Below, piece after piece: positions 39,261-47,182 of a DNA stretch of 54,915 nucleotides. A program made the position numbers and the translations under genes. The DNA comes from a virus (lineage: Duplodnaviria > Caudoviricetes), in IMG/VR virus record IMGVR_UViG_3300033485_000015, positions 1-54,915 of that record. One strand, 5' to 3'. Numbering within the stretch: the first letter of the stretch is position 1; each line of letters begins with the position of its first letter. Below the pieces are notes generated by a model. The model was not told where the DNA came from. It saw nothing but the letters and a program-made list of their open reading frames with translations, and ran no database searches.

Positions 39261-39555
39261 AAATTTCCTCTCTCCAGATTGTTACCTTACCATCAGTGTC
39301 CACACCGTATAAGACGCTGTTGTTATACATGTTGAAACGTTCGAACTTTAAATAAACGATATATTCACCGAAATTTAATTGAACCCTCCCGCCTTCTTTG
39401 ACATGAATAATCCGCGAATCATAGCCGCGTTGTGAATCCACAACGTTAATATTAACGCCTTCCTTTCCTAATTGTCTCGTTACGATACAGCCAATAATAT
39501 CCTCACCACGTAAGACATTAATTCGACTGTTTTGATACTGTTTCAGAAATAACAA
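39208..39555 (-). CDS. Double-length CsrA-like RNA-binding protein
   Basis: N-terminal MLFL; C-terminal VLYGVDT...VTIWREEIYAKI resembles CsrA VRIG..AP..V.VHREEIY. Confidence 0.55.
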   Translation of the reverse strand: MLFLKQYQNSRINVLRGEDIIGCIVTRQLGKEGVNINVVDSQRGYDSRIIHVKEGGRVQLNFGEYIVYLKFERFNMYNNSVLYGVDTDGKVTIWREEIYAKIKRSAKRQPQETDS

Positions 39556-39656
39556 CGTAAACCCCGTAAATTAGAAAGGCTATAACAAAAGGCAACCATA
39601 GTTTAGGATATAATAGGCAAGCGTAATAGTACACCCCGGCAGCTATCCATAAGATA

Positions 39657-39905
39657 TTACTCATAATCCACTTCATCTTTGTATACTATAATATAGGATG
39701 TTTCAGTGACACGCCGAATTTCGCTGATCTCTTTACCGAACTGCTTTTCTAGCTCCTTAATGTCACCTAAACCTACAGGTAACGGCGCGGGGTCTTGCTC
39801 GTCGTATTCTGAATAAATCAAGTCGACCTTCTTTGTGCTTATTTCGTCTTGAGAATAAGCCGTGATAGGTAACGTTAGGCATAGTGTAAGTAAAAGTCTA
39901 TTCAT
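39657..39905 (-). CDS. Small exported protein
   Basis: Signal peptide; domain shared with 40865..41323. Confidence 0.7.
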   Translation of the reverse strand: MNRLLLTLCLTLPITAYSQDEISTKKVDLIYSEYDEQDPAPLPVGLGDIKELEKQFGKEISEIRRVTETSYIIVYKDEVDYE

Positions 39906-39939
39906 TTTGGTTCCTCCATTGAATAGGTGTATAAGGGTA

Positions 39940-39968
39940 TATATAATTTATAACAGCTATCACGTCAA
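39940..39968 (-). promoter_or_regulatory. Early sigma70-like promoter
   Basis: TTGACG-17 bp-TATATA, followed by the ATGGAGGAACC leader. Confidence 0.6.
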
Positions 39969-40864
39969 CAACTTTTTGTTTCCATATACGCTTTTATAAA
40001 CTCAGCGGCTACTTGCGGAACGATTGCATCGCCCGCCGCATGGATGATAGCCACTCTTGCGGAATCCCCATCAGCCAACAAGGGAATGCTGGGTTCAATA
40101 AGCCTTTGCTTTCCGTCGGGGCAGTCAATCCATACACCAGACGCCCAAGCTGATCCAATCGCTTGCGACTGCTCCCGTCGGGATTGATGCCCTGTTTGTT
40201 CATGCCCGGGGTGTCCTTCCAGTCCCGGGTGCTCGGGGTAGGCCACATTGCGGGGTTCACTTGTTCGCGTAGATTCGCTGGGGCTGTCCGTCCTTTTCGG
40301 GTCGTTGAAAATTGCCTGTCCATCGCTTCCTTTGATCGACTCGGTAGGGAATCCATCGTGTTCGGCGTGGCCCACAAACCATAGTCGCTCTCGTCTATGG
40401 GGCGCACCGACGGAACAAGCTGGCAGAACAACCGCCCCGATGGCGTAGCCTTCCGATTCCAACCCTTGATAAACATCGTCAAGCCACCCGTGGGTAATCG
40501 CTGACGCAACTTGTTCTCCAAAGAACGTTGCAGGGCGGCACTCTCTAATGAGGCGTAACCATTCAGGCCATAAGTGGCGGTCGTCTCCTTTACCTTTTTG
40601 TCGTCCGGCAGAACTGAAAGGCTGACAGGGGCAACTACCAGTCCAGACGGGTTCATCGTCCGGCCATCCGGCCAGTTGAAGCGCGTAGTCCCACAAGCCG
40701 ATCCCCGCGAAGAAATGGCACCTTGTGAATCCCTGTAAATCATTGGGTGTTACCTCCTGTATAGGTCGATTGTCAATAACGCCCTTGCTGATATGTCCGT
40801 CATCCATCAAGGCTTTCAGCATTGCGCATTTCTTTTTGTCGAATTCGTTATAGTAAGTAAGCAC
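39965..40864 (-). CDS. C5-cytosine DNA methyltransferase, large (alpha) subunit
   Basis: HFFAGIG, TGSCPCQPFS, FFGEQV, GAPHRRERLW, GDAIVPQVA. Confidence 0.9.
   Translation of the reverse strand: MLTYYNEFDKKKCAMLKALMDDGHISKGVIDNRPIQEVTPNDLQGFTRCHFFAGIGLWDYALQLAGWPDDEPVWTGSCPCQPFSSAGRQKGKGDDRHLWPEWLRLIRECRPATFFGEQVASAITHGWLDDVYQGLESEGYAIGAVVLPACSVGAPHRRERLWFVGHAEHDGFPTESIKGSDGQAIFNDPKRTDSPSESTRTSEPRNVAYPEHPGLEGHPGHEQTGHQSRREQSQAIGSAWASGVWIDCPDGKQRLIEPSIPLLADGDSARVAIIHAAGDAIVPQVAAEFIKAYMETKSC
40009..40743 (-). CDS. C5-methyltransferase small (beta) subunit in an alternative frame
   Basis: WATP / WPTP.TRDWKD repeats and motif IX LNPAFPCWLMGIP; EcoHK31I-type arrangement. Confidence 0.8.
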   Translation of the reverse strand: MIYRDSQGAISSRGSACGTTRFNWPDGRTMNPSGLVVAPVSLSVLPDDKKVKETTATYGLNGYASLESAALQRSLENKLRQRLPTGGLTMFIKGWNRKATPSGRLFCQLVPSVRPIDESDYGLWATPNTMDSLPSRSKEAMDRQFSTTRKGRTAPANLREQVNPAMWPTPSTRDWKDTPGMNKQGINPDGSSRKRLDQLGRLVYGLTAPTESKGLLNPAFPCWLMGIPQEWLSSMRRAMQSFRK

Positions 40865-41323
40865 CTAATACTCCTTCCTTACTTCATACAGCGCGATATA
40901 GCGACCGTCGCTGAGTTTCCTTATTTCTAATATATCGCCACCCAGTCGCTTTTCCATCTCTTCGATAGTGCCTATTTGTCTAAACAGATATAGCGACTGT
41001 CTCTCACCTGCTTTGTAAACACGGGTGGAAGAATACAAGGCACCCTGATCCACGATTTCAGCGGCTACTTGTCCCTCCGCCGCACGCGCCGAGAAGGCTA
41101 CAGCAAGAATAACGCTAATTAGGATAACACCTATTAGCAGCAAAATAAGGGATGCTTTCACCTTGCGCACTTCACGTTCAGCTTCCCGAAAGGTATCGCG
41201 TAAAGTAACATCAAGCATAGGTATCGTCTCGTTTTTACCGTTTATCATATTAAGTAAAGCCTCGTCTAAGGGTTCTTCTAATAATTCGTCCATTACATAT
41301 GTACGTTTCTTATTTCGGCGCAT
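40865..41323 (-). CDS. Membrane-anchored protein
   Basis: Internal TM/signal segment; C-terminal domain paralogous to 39657..39905. Confidence 0.65.
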   Translation of the reverse strand: MRRNKKRTYVMDELLEEPLDEALLNMINGKNETIPMLDVTLRDTFREAEREVRKVKASLILLLIGVILISVILAVAFSARAAEGQVAAEIVDQGALYSSTRVYKAGERQSLYLFRQIGTIEEMEKRLGGDILEIRKLSDGRYIALYEVRKEY

Positions 41324-41558
41324 ATAATGTCTCCTTGTTATATTTCGTATAGAGGCATCCAATATGGAAGCCAACATAACCAATAATGGAAGTAAATCCA
41401 AGATGACCCATAGTTAGACGCCAGACAATGAGAAGCCTATCAAGGCTATAATCCCACATCATGAAGGATAGGAACATAGCAAGAACAAAAGAACACATAC
41501 ATAACCCGAGGAAACCATAAAATAACTGTTCCCCTATTCTTATAAAACTGTCTCTCAT
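41310..41558 (-). CDS. Small membrane protein
   Basis: Two hydrophobic segments; overlaps neighbouring genes. Confidence 0.55.
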   Translation of the reverse strand: MRDSFIRIGEQLFYGFLGLCMCSFVLAMFLSFMMWDYSLDRLLIVWRLTMGHLGFTSIIGYVGFHIGCLYTKYNKETLYAPK

Positions 41559-41782
41559 ACCATAAAATCCATAGAATAATATTGATCCAACCACACCGCC
41601 AGATTTTCGCTTCCTATTGCGGAAGCAATAACCGTGTCAGGTACACGTGTCATTCCTTCCTTAGTAATAAAAGAATGAGATGACACATATTCAATGTTTC
41701 CTTTGCGCATTAATCTAAAAGAACACGTCAATTCAACATACGCCTGTTTCGATGCGTCGTAATATTCAAACGGTACATCCAT
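41555..41782 (-). CDS. Hypothetical protein
   Basis: Tightly packed early operon. Confidence 0.55.
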   Translation of the reverse strand: MDVPFEYYDASKQAYVELTCSFRLMRKGNIEYVSSHSFITKEGMTRVPDTVIASAIGSENLAVWLDQYYSMDFMV

Positions 41783-41784
41783 AT

Positions 41785-42018
41785 TTACAACGTCTCCATC
41801 AACAACCGTGTAAGCAACTTCCTATAATGGCGGAATGTACGGACTTTGTGGGTTATGGATATGTTATTCCCCACGGTGAATCTATACTTACGCCAGCCTA
41901 TCCGTTCCCACTGCGCCTTGTCGTTGAAATAGATACTGTACAACGCATTGAGATAGATCGCCGCGTGTCTATCAGATAAGAAATCACCATCAATATATTT
42001 CTTTAAAGTCATCGCCAT
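41785..42018 (-). CDS. Hypothetical protein
   Basis: Tightly packed early operon. Confidence 0.55.
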   Translation of the reverse strand: MAMTLKKYIDGDFLSDRHAAIYLNALYSIYFNDKAQWERIGWRKYRFTVGNNISITHKVRTFRHYRKLLTRLLMETL

Positions 42019-42368
42019 AAACCCCTGAGGCAGAAATGTGCTGCCTCTCTTGAATTGATAAACTGACCGAACGTAACGAACCTAGACGTTTGTATAGGAA
42101 ATATAACCTTCCCGCACCTGTCGTCCTCGCCTACAACATAATTCTCTTGGAGCGACACTCTATCCATAAAAATGAACCCTGTTCTGTCTTCAAATATAGA
42201 ACGTAGAACGGGAGGAGCCTTTGCCTCTATGAGGACTGTGGTCGACATAGTCTGGTATTTCGTGGAATCGAGCGGCACAATGTACGCAATATTGTAAGGA
42301 TCAGAAACAACTTCTTTGTCTAATTCAGAAGACATCTTCTCGACCCAGTCATACGCATTGTCTATCAT
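42009..42368 (-). CDS. Hypothetical protein
   Basis: ATGA overlap; GGAGG RBS. Confidence 0.55.
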   Translation of the reverse strand: MIDNAYDWVEKMSSELDKEVVSDPYNIAYIVPLDSTKYQTMSTTVLIEAKAPPVLRSIFEDRTGFIFMDRVSLQENYVVGEDDRCGKVIFPIQTSRFVTFGQFINSREAAHFCLRGLWR

Positions 42369-42949
42369 ACAAATAACCTCCACATTATCTTTAATAAGCC
42401 TATAGTATTGCTGCAAAGAAAGGCAAATTGATGGCACATAAGCAGCCAGTTCCGTGATTGGTATGCGCTGGCAAACCAACATGATGCGCCGATTATGTAC
42501 ATGCTAAAGAGCAGTGCAAATGGTGCATCCTCTGTATACCAGTTAAGCAATACCGTGGCTGTGATACTGCAAGCGGAACCTACTGCTTGGGTTTTGCGTG
42601 TGCTTAGATAAGTTAGCACTTTATTTTTGCGTATGTGAGGCTTCTCTTTAGGCATCAATTGCGCACTAAATGCCCTGAGTTGCTCCTCAGAGTAATTGAA
42701 AGTCTCCTTTATCTCCTTATATTCACTCAACCCATTTATAATAACACGTGCCGCAATATAACCGTCCGCCCCCACACCGCTTAGGGTATATGTTGATGAC
42801 ACACCGCTAATTATATCTTTACACCTTACATAATCATTCTTTACTATAGATATAGGCACCACAAAGGCACCACAATTTGTTATATACAGTAACCCCTCTT
42901 TCAGGGTGTCGAAAAGAACCCGCTGAGTAACGGTAAGATTTTGGGTCAT
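42365..42949 (-). CDS. Hypothetical protein with C-terminal multi-TM domain
   Basis: GGAGG RBS; three hydrophobic helices at the C-terminus. Confidence 0.6.
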   Translation of the reverse strand: MTQNLTVTQRVLFDTLKEGLLYITNCGAFVVPISIVKNDYVRCKDIISGVSSTYTLSGVGADGYIAARVIINGLSEYKEIKETFNYSEEQLRAFSAQLMPKEKPHIRKNKVLTYLSTRKTQAVGSACSITATVLLNWYTEDAPFALLFSMYIIGASCWFASAYQSRNWLLMCHQFAFLCSNTIGLLKIMWRLFV

Positions 42950-43061
42950 TATAACTTCCTCCACGCCAAAGGATGCGCCGTAACGTGCTCCTTGGTGCGC
43001 CATGCTCTTGCCGACTTGTAGGACATCCATGCCGCTTTTTGTGGGTCTGTGTAGTAGTATT

Positions 43062-43673
43062 TCATTTCCTGTTATCCTCGTTAAACCATTGTGATCTCCG
43101 CAACAACCGCTGTTCAAACTTAGGAACAATGATAAACGCATCATAGGATTCTTTTATCTGTGGGAGCCTAATTTCCACTTCTTGATGCAAGTTCGTGTCA
43201 AAATAAGAGAATGTGTAACCATCAAAATAAGAAAGCCGTATATCGTAAGGACTACGAAGAAGCACCCAGTCCCCTTCCTTCGGGTCTAACATATTGATAG
43301 GTCGCCAAGTGCTGGAAGCACGGCGTTCACGATAAGCCGTTACTAAGCCCATTAAGCGACTCCTTCGCCATAACAAGTCACTTATCCTTATGGCTTGCTT
43401 TCGAATCGTTTCGCGCTGTCCTAATAGTGTCGGTATAAGCACTCGACGGGTGTAATCAACGACCTCGTTAAGCTCGCCAACAAGACCAACTATGTTTTGT
43501 TGTTGTGAGCATCCACACACATCTGAATTTGAACTATGTGAAAATATGTCACTTACCGTTGGTAGCTTTATATACTGGTAATGTATACCAACTTCTTGCA
43601 CCATTTTACAACGCTCGGATAGTTCCAATAACTCCAGCGCGTATATTCTCATGTTTTCTTTACTTTTAGTCAT
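43062..43673 (-). CDS. Hypothetical protein (DUF551-like C-terminus)
   Basis: WRPI...PKEG..VLL; preceded by the repeated leader. Confidence 0.6.
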   Translation of the reverse strand: MTKSKENMRIYALELLELSERCKMVQEVGIHYQYIKLPTVSDIFSHSSNSDVCGCSQQQNIVGLVGELNEVVDYTRRVLIPTLLGQRETIRKQAIRISDLLWRRSRLMGLVTAYRERRASSTWRPINMLDPKEGDWVLLRSPYDIRLSYFDGYTFSYFDTNLHQEVEIRLPQIKESYDAFIIVPKFEQRLLRRSQWFNEDNRK

Positions 43674-43734
43674 TTGGTTCCTCCATATTTGACTTGGTAT
43701 AACTCATTTATACCTATCCGACTAACTATGTCAA
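43673..43734 (-). promoter_or_regulatory. Early promoter plus 33-bp repeated leader/RBS
   Basis: TTGACA-16 bp-TATAAA; leader GAGTTATACYAAGTCAAATATGGAGGAACCAAA shared with 51238-51270. Confidence 0.7.
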
Positions 43735-44106
43735 GATACATTTTCCATTAGAAGAAATAATATGGTAGTACAGAAGAAGGTCTAAAGCTTCCTTTAGGGA
43801 AAAACAAACCTTTCGTACTATTGTTCCATATTCGGTATAGGATAGCCGTAGGGATGTATAATTAGTATATTCTATCCCCATAAACATAGGTCTATAACTA
43901 ACAAACGCGTTCACAAACGATTCTATACCTAACTGCTTAGTAAACCAATCTGGGGGCGTCTGCTCAATAGCAAGGTGCAATTCCTCCTGAGTATATTCTC
44001 TATGCCTTGCTATGTGAAAAGTAATACCTTCATCAGAACACGTAGTCCAAGGTAAATCTTTATGGTTATCAAAGAACTCTTGTAATTTACTGTCATAATA
44101 CGTCAT
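43726..44106 (-). CDS. Hypothetical protein
   Basis: ATGA overlap with upstream gene. Confidence 0.55.
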   Translation of the reverse strand: MTYYDSKLQEFFDNHKDLPWTTCSDEGITFHIARHREYTQEELHLAIEQTPPDWFTKQLGIESFVNAFVSYRPMFMGIEYTNYTSLRLSYTEYGTIVRKVCFSLKEALDLLLYYHIISSNGKCILT

Positions 44107-44408
44107 TGGTTTTTCTCCTTTGCTTCTACCCAAGCATTATGCGCCTTTTCAACTGCATTAGGATCATCCCATACCGAATCATGCGGAAAGTAGCGTACCA
44201 AATCATTATCGTTTATGGTTTCATACCCCTCAGGATCATCGTCATGCTCTGAAATATAACCTAATACACCATCATGATCCGCTACATACATCAGGAATTT
44301 CAGTAAGTGCAGGACGTCGCAATTACCCCATCCCCAAGCTTGTCTTGTAAAGCAACCCGCCGATATTACCTTATTTTTATGGTCTACTAGATAATAAAAT
44401 GTACTCAT
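44103..44408 (-). CDS. Hypothetical protein
   Basis: Early operon ORF. Confidence 0.6.
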   Translation of the reverse strand: MSTFYYLVDHKNKVISAGCFTRQAWGWGNCDVLHLLKFLMYVADHDGVLGYISEHDDDPEGYETINDNDLVRYFPHDSVWDDPNAVEKAHNAWVEAKEKNQ

Positions 44409-44474
44409 TGTTCCACCAATTCCTTTATGTAATTATATTGCTTCTCAAAGAGAACAGAGAATTCTTCTATGTCA

Positions 44475-44657
44475 CTACTCATCGCCTGTACCCTCATCAC
44501 CTAAACAGCTCTCCTTGCTGTAAGGCACAAATACCGCTGGGATGCCGTTGCCGGATTCCTTAAATAAACATCCCCCAGGGACTCGAAATATAAAAAACCC
44601 CCCTTGATATAGCTGATCAAACAACTTCATTTTAAATATTTCTGTGGTGTTATTCAT
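44475..44657 (-). CDS. Hypothetical protein
   Basis: Ends DEGTGDE, duplicating the end of the upstream gene. Confidence 0.55.
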   Translation of the reverse strand: MNNTTEIFKMKLFDQLYQGGFFIFRVPGGCLFKESGNGIPAVFVPYSKESCLGDEGTGDE

Positions 44658-45000
44658 CGCCTACACCCTCATCAATAGATATACATTGAATTGACTTACC
44701 CATTATCTTCGACTTACCGGGTCTTTGCTTCAGTTCAGATAATATACGTTTATATTTCTCGTTCTCACGCTGTAAGGCTGAAGCCAGCAAAAGAGTGGAA
44801 TTATGCCTAAAAGCCAAATCCTGCTTTGCATCATTTACCTCGCGGAACCTTTCCCATAGCTCATCAATCTTTGCCCCCATATCAATTATCAAATCTTCCA
44901 TATCAAACACAACGGGATAAGCAGACAAGTCCTCTATGCCATCCTTGATGTGCAATAACTCAATAGATCGTGTGCGTAGCTCTTCTATGGTTTTACTCAT
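44650..45000 (-). CDS. Hypothetical coiled-coil protein
   Basis: AGGAG RBS; ends DEGVGDE. Confidence 0.6.
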   Translation of the reverse strand: MSKTIEELRTRSIELLHIKDGIEDLSAYPVVFDMEDLIIDMGAKIDELWERFREVNDAKQDLAFRHNSTLLLASALQRENEKYKRILSELKQRPGKSKIMGKSIQCISIDEGVGDE

Positions 45001-45229
45001 GGCATTGCTCCTTAACTATTTTCACCAAATCAGGATATGTGTATGCGTCATTTACGTTTGCAGTAAACACATCATCAAAATCCGAGTACATGTTAATAGA
45101 AATAAAAGTTTCACCTTTCCTAGTCACTCCGACTAACTTTAGATGGGCACAATTAAGCAGTATTTTGTTTCCATTATCTAACTGAAGCGCAACAAAGGCA
45201 GTTAATAAGAGTGCAATTGTTCTAGTCAT
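44993..45229 (-). CDS. Hypothetical protein with hydrophobic N-terminus
   Basis: AGGAG RBS. Confidence 0.6.
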   Translation of the reverse strand: MTRTIALLLTAFVALQLDNGNKILLNCAHLKLVGVTRKGETFISINMYSDFDDVFTANVNDAYTYPDLVKIVKEQCHE

Positions 45230-45243
45230 TGTTTTTCTCCTTA

Positions 45244-45549
45244 TTAAATTGTTGGTAAATTTGCCCTGCGCCGCACCATTTCACAAAACATGGTGCAATA
45301 TGCCCTAACCTCTGCGGTGAATTGTGCAGTCGTGAAGGCGTTTACCCACGTATCAATATTCAGGCGATCCTTTGTGTCATGGTATAGATAGAGAGCATCA
45401 TGTTGTTTTCCCAATGCTCCCATAGTATTCTTAGTATTTGCGTAGATACGATAATGCCCCGTCTCTACCACCAACACCATGTCATACTTCTTAACGAGGT
45501 CTTCCCATTTTTGTAGGCGCATTTCTTTTTCCAAAGATACTTTAGTCAT
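45244..45549 (-). CDS. Hypothetical protein
   Basis: Early operon ORF. Confidence 0.55.
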   Translation of the reverse strand: MTKVSLEKEMRLQKWEDLVKKYDMVLVVETGHYRIYANTKNTMGALGKQHDALYLYHDTKDRLNIDTWVNAFTTAQFTAEVRAYCTMFCEMVRRRANLPTI

Positions 45550-45840
45550 CGTCTTGCATCTCTATTAACGCAACATCCCCTTCTTTAGTCATCACCCCGA
45601 CCAACACTTCAGACTTCAGCATTTCCGCCGCCTGTTGTGCTACTTCCACCAAGCTATCCCCTACGACAGCCATAATTCTCTGGCACTGATCGTGGTTTAA
45701 TTGCAGCTTGATTTCGTGCTTGGCGACATAACCTCAAGACACCCTGTTATTTCGTTACTGTAAGTGTTACGTCGTAACGATAAATTATTGAAAATCATTT
45801 GCTTATCACTCATGTCCATCAAACTCCTTTGCCTATCACA

Positions 45841-46017
45841 ATGCGGTTAATCTGGTTTTCTACAAAAATCACAGGTATTGCATTCCCAAAAGCCAGACTC
45901 TTCGTCAAGGGTGATCGAACCCCCGCAATCGCACTGGTAGCCTTCTTGTTTATTTTCTGGTATTTCATCAAAACTCATTTCATTTACTCCGTTGTCTATG
46001 CGGTTAATCTGGTTTTC
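45841..46017. repeat. 20-bp direct repeat ATGCGGTTAATCTGGTTTTC (45841-45860 and 45998-46017)
   Basis: Exact match read in the sequence. Confidence 0.9.
45847..45978 (-). CDS. 43-aa zinc-ribbon-like protein (not in the ORF track)
   Basis: MSFDEIPENKQEGYQCDCGGSITLDEESGFWECNTCDFCRKPD; GGAG RBS; associated with 20-bp direct repeats. Confidence 0.6.
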   Translation of the reverse strand: MSFDEIPENKQEGYQCDCGGSITLDEESGFWECNTCDFCRKPD

Positions 46018-46313
46018 AACATGTACACTCCACGTTTCCCTCTCACAGATTCAATCGGGGGGTTATCAGAAATAGATAGGTTGTAAAGCTTCACCATAAT
46101 CTGCTTGCGAGTCTTTATCCGTCCTGCCTTCTTTCTGCGTTTCAGTAGCCTGTAATAAGCTACTGTGACCTCATCAATGGACAACTCCCGTCCTACCAGT
46201 TCAAAGATTTTTAGAAGAGACGAGCCGAAGCCATCACGCTTCCCTAGGACACGTAACCCCTTCTTAATCTCCTGTGGAATATCCGATAAATCTGAAATGT
46301 CAAAAATATCCAT
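45996..46313 (-). CDS. Hypothetical wHTH-like protein
   Basis: LSDIP.E...L, LSIDEV.V..YR, IESV.GKRGVY; AGGA RBS. Confidence 0.6.
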   Translation of the reverse strand: MDIFDISDLSDIPQEIKKGLRVLGKRDGFGSSLLKIFELVGRELSIDEVTVAYYRLLKRRKKAGRIKTRKQIMVKLYNLSISDNPPIESVRGKRGVYMLKTRLTA

Positions 46314-46405
46314 TTCCTTTACTCCTTAAATTGCGGCGAATTCGCCCTAATTAAAACCTCGCTATTTACCCACTTTCTCAAAACGTGGGTAAAATTCGCT
46401 GAATC

Positions 46406-46660
46406 TTACCTCATCCTTCCAGCGGCGATACCCATCGCTAAACCAGCACCTAAACCAGCACCTACGCCAGCATTTCGCGAATTACGCTCGGCGCGCTTTG
46501 CCGTTATAAGGGCTTCGCAGGTGTATTTAGTCTCCCCGCTAGCTAAGCATTCCTTTTCTAAAGCGACCATAGATTCCTGAAATTTCTTTACGTCTCTAAA
46601 AGTCATTACAAAAGAAAATACCAAAACACTCAATACGGCTACGATTACTAAACGATACAT
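46406..46660 (-). CDS. Small membrane protein with a Gly-zipper tail
   Basis: AGGAG RBS; N-terminal TM; AGVGAGLGAGLAMG. Confidence 0.65.
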   Translation of the reverse strand: MYRLVIVAVLSVLVFSFVMTFRDVKKFQESMVALEKECLASGETKYTCEALITAKRAERNSRNAGVGAGLGAGLAMGIAAGRMR

Positions 46661-46713
46661 TCTTCTTACTCCTATAATGTTGGTACGCCCGGCGGGAATC
46701 GTACATATCTCCG

Positions 46714-46824
46714 CGGAAGATGCGGCGGAATCGAACCGCTGCACGCCAGTGCTCTATAGCAAGAATCGAACTCGCTTGACACCCAGAGGGCACCCAAGGA
46801 AACCATTCCTCGTTCACATCTTCC
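46714..46824 (-). ncRNA. tRNA-Sec-shaped mimic RNA lacking an anticodon arm
   Basis: GGAAGATG/CATCTTCC-G acceptor; long D-stem with UGGU loop; two TTCGATT T-loops. Confidence 0.65.
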
Positions 46825-46960
46825 ACGCCGTCTTTCCGGCTGTCACCTACGATTTCCTTCCCGAAGAAAGGCGTTATCTCGATGGGGCATGGTTACCATC
46901 GCCGGGCTTTCATCCTCACCGTTGCGCCTTAACCCGATGCGCTTTCGTTATGTGAGGTAT
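46825..46960 (-). ncRNA. Multi-hairpin structured element
   Basis: CCTCAC/GTGAGG, CGATGG/CCATCG, CCTTTC-TTCG-GGAAGG and GCCG-GAAA-GACGGC hairpins. Confidence 0.5.
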
Positions 46961-46970
46961 TCTTATAATC

Positions 46971-47014
46971 TGGTACGCCCGGCGGGATTTGAACCCGCGA
47001 TCTCCTCACGAAAA
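46971..47014 (-). pseudogene. 3' half of a tRNA (T-arm, acceptor 3' strand and CCA)
   Basis: GCGGG-TTCAAAT-CCCGC CGGGCGT ACCA; no matching 5' acceptor strand upstream. Confidence 0.7.
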
Positions 47015-47094
47015 TGGTTTATTCAGATAGGTTCAGTTCACTTCAACATTGAACCTATCGACCATTCCGAGCGGTTCCTCGATATGGTTTATTC

Positions 47095-47175
47095 TGGTGG
47101 CGGTGGCAGGGGTTGAACCTGCGATATTGACCAGTTCATGAAGTTGGCCGCGTCCATCACTCACGCCGCACCGCC
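47095..47175 (-). tRNA. Atypical tRNA-like gene (possible CAU anticodon in an extended, mismatched arm)
   Basis: GGCGGTG/CACCGCC-ACCA acceptor; GCGT/ACGC D-stem; GCAGG-TTCAACC-CCTGC T-arm. Confidence 0.62.
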
Positions 47176-47182
47176 ATAAAAC

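Larger units (their letters stand above)
46681..46987. repeat. 17-bp direct repeat TGGTACGCCCGGCGGGA (46681-46697 and 46971-46987), equal to a tRNA 3' end on the - strand
   Basis: Exact match; reverse complement ends ...CCCGCCGGGCGTACCA. Confidence 0.9.

Noticed and set aside
46406-46744. ORF-track 5' extensions (46744, 38972, 43144, 41401, 29799, 32409, 51251)
   Set aside because: Better RBS-supported or overlap-coupled downstream starts exist; the extensions run into ncRNA or neighbouring genes.
46971-47014. tRNA 3' half as the attP of a temperate phage
   Set aside because: No tyrosine or serine recombinase was recognised in the complete genome; kept only as a cassette boundary.
47131-47145. 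UCA (opal suppressor or Sec) reading of the tRNA-like loop, implying genetic code reassignment
   Set aside because: That register lacks a purine at position 37 and a paired stem; genes are intact in code 11 and TGA, TAG and TAA all act as stops.
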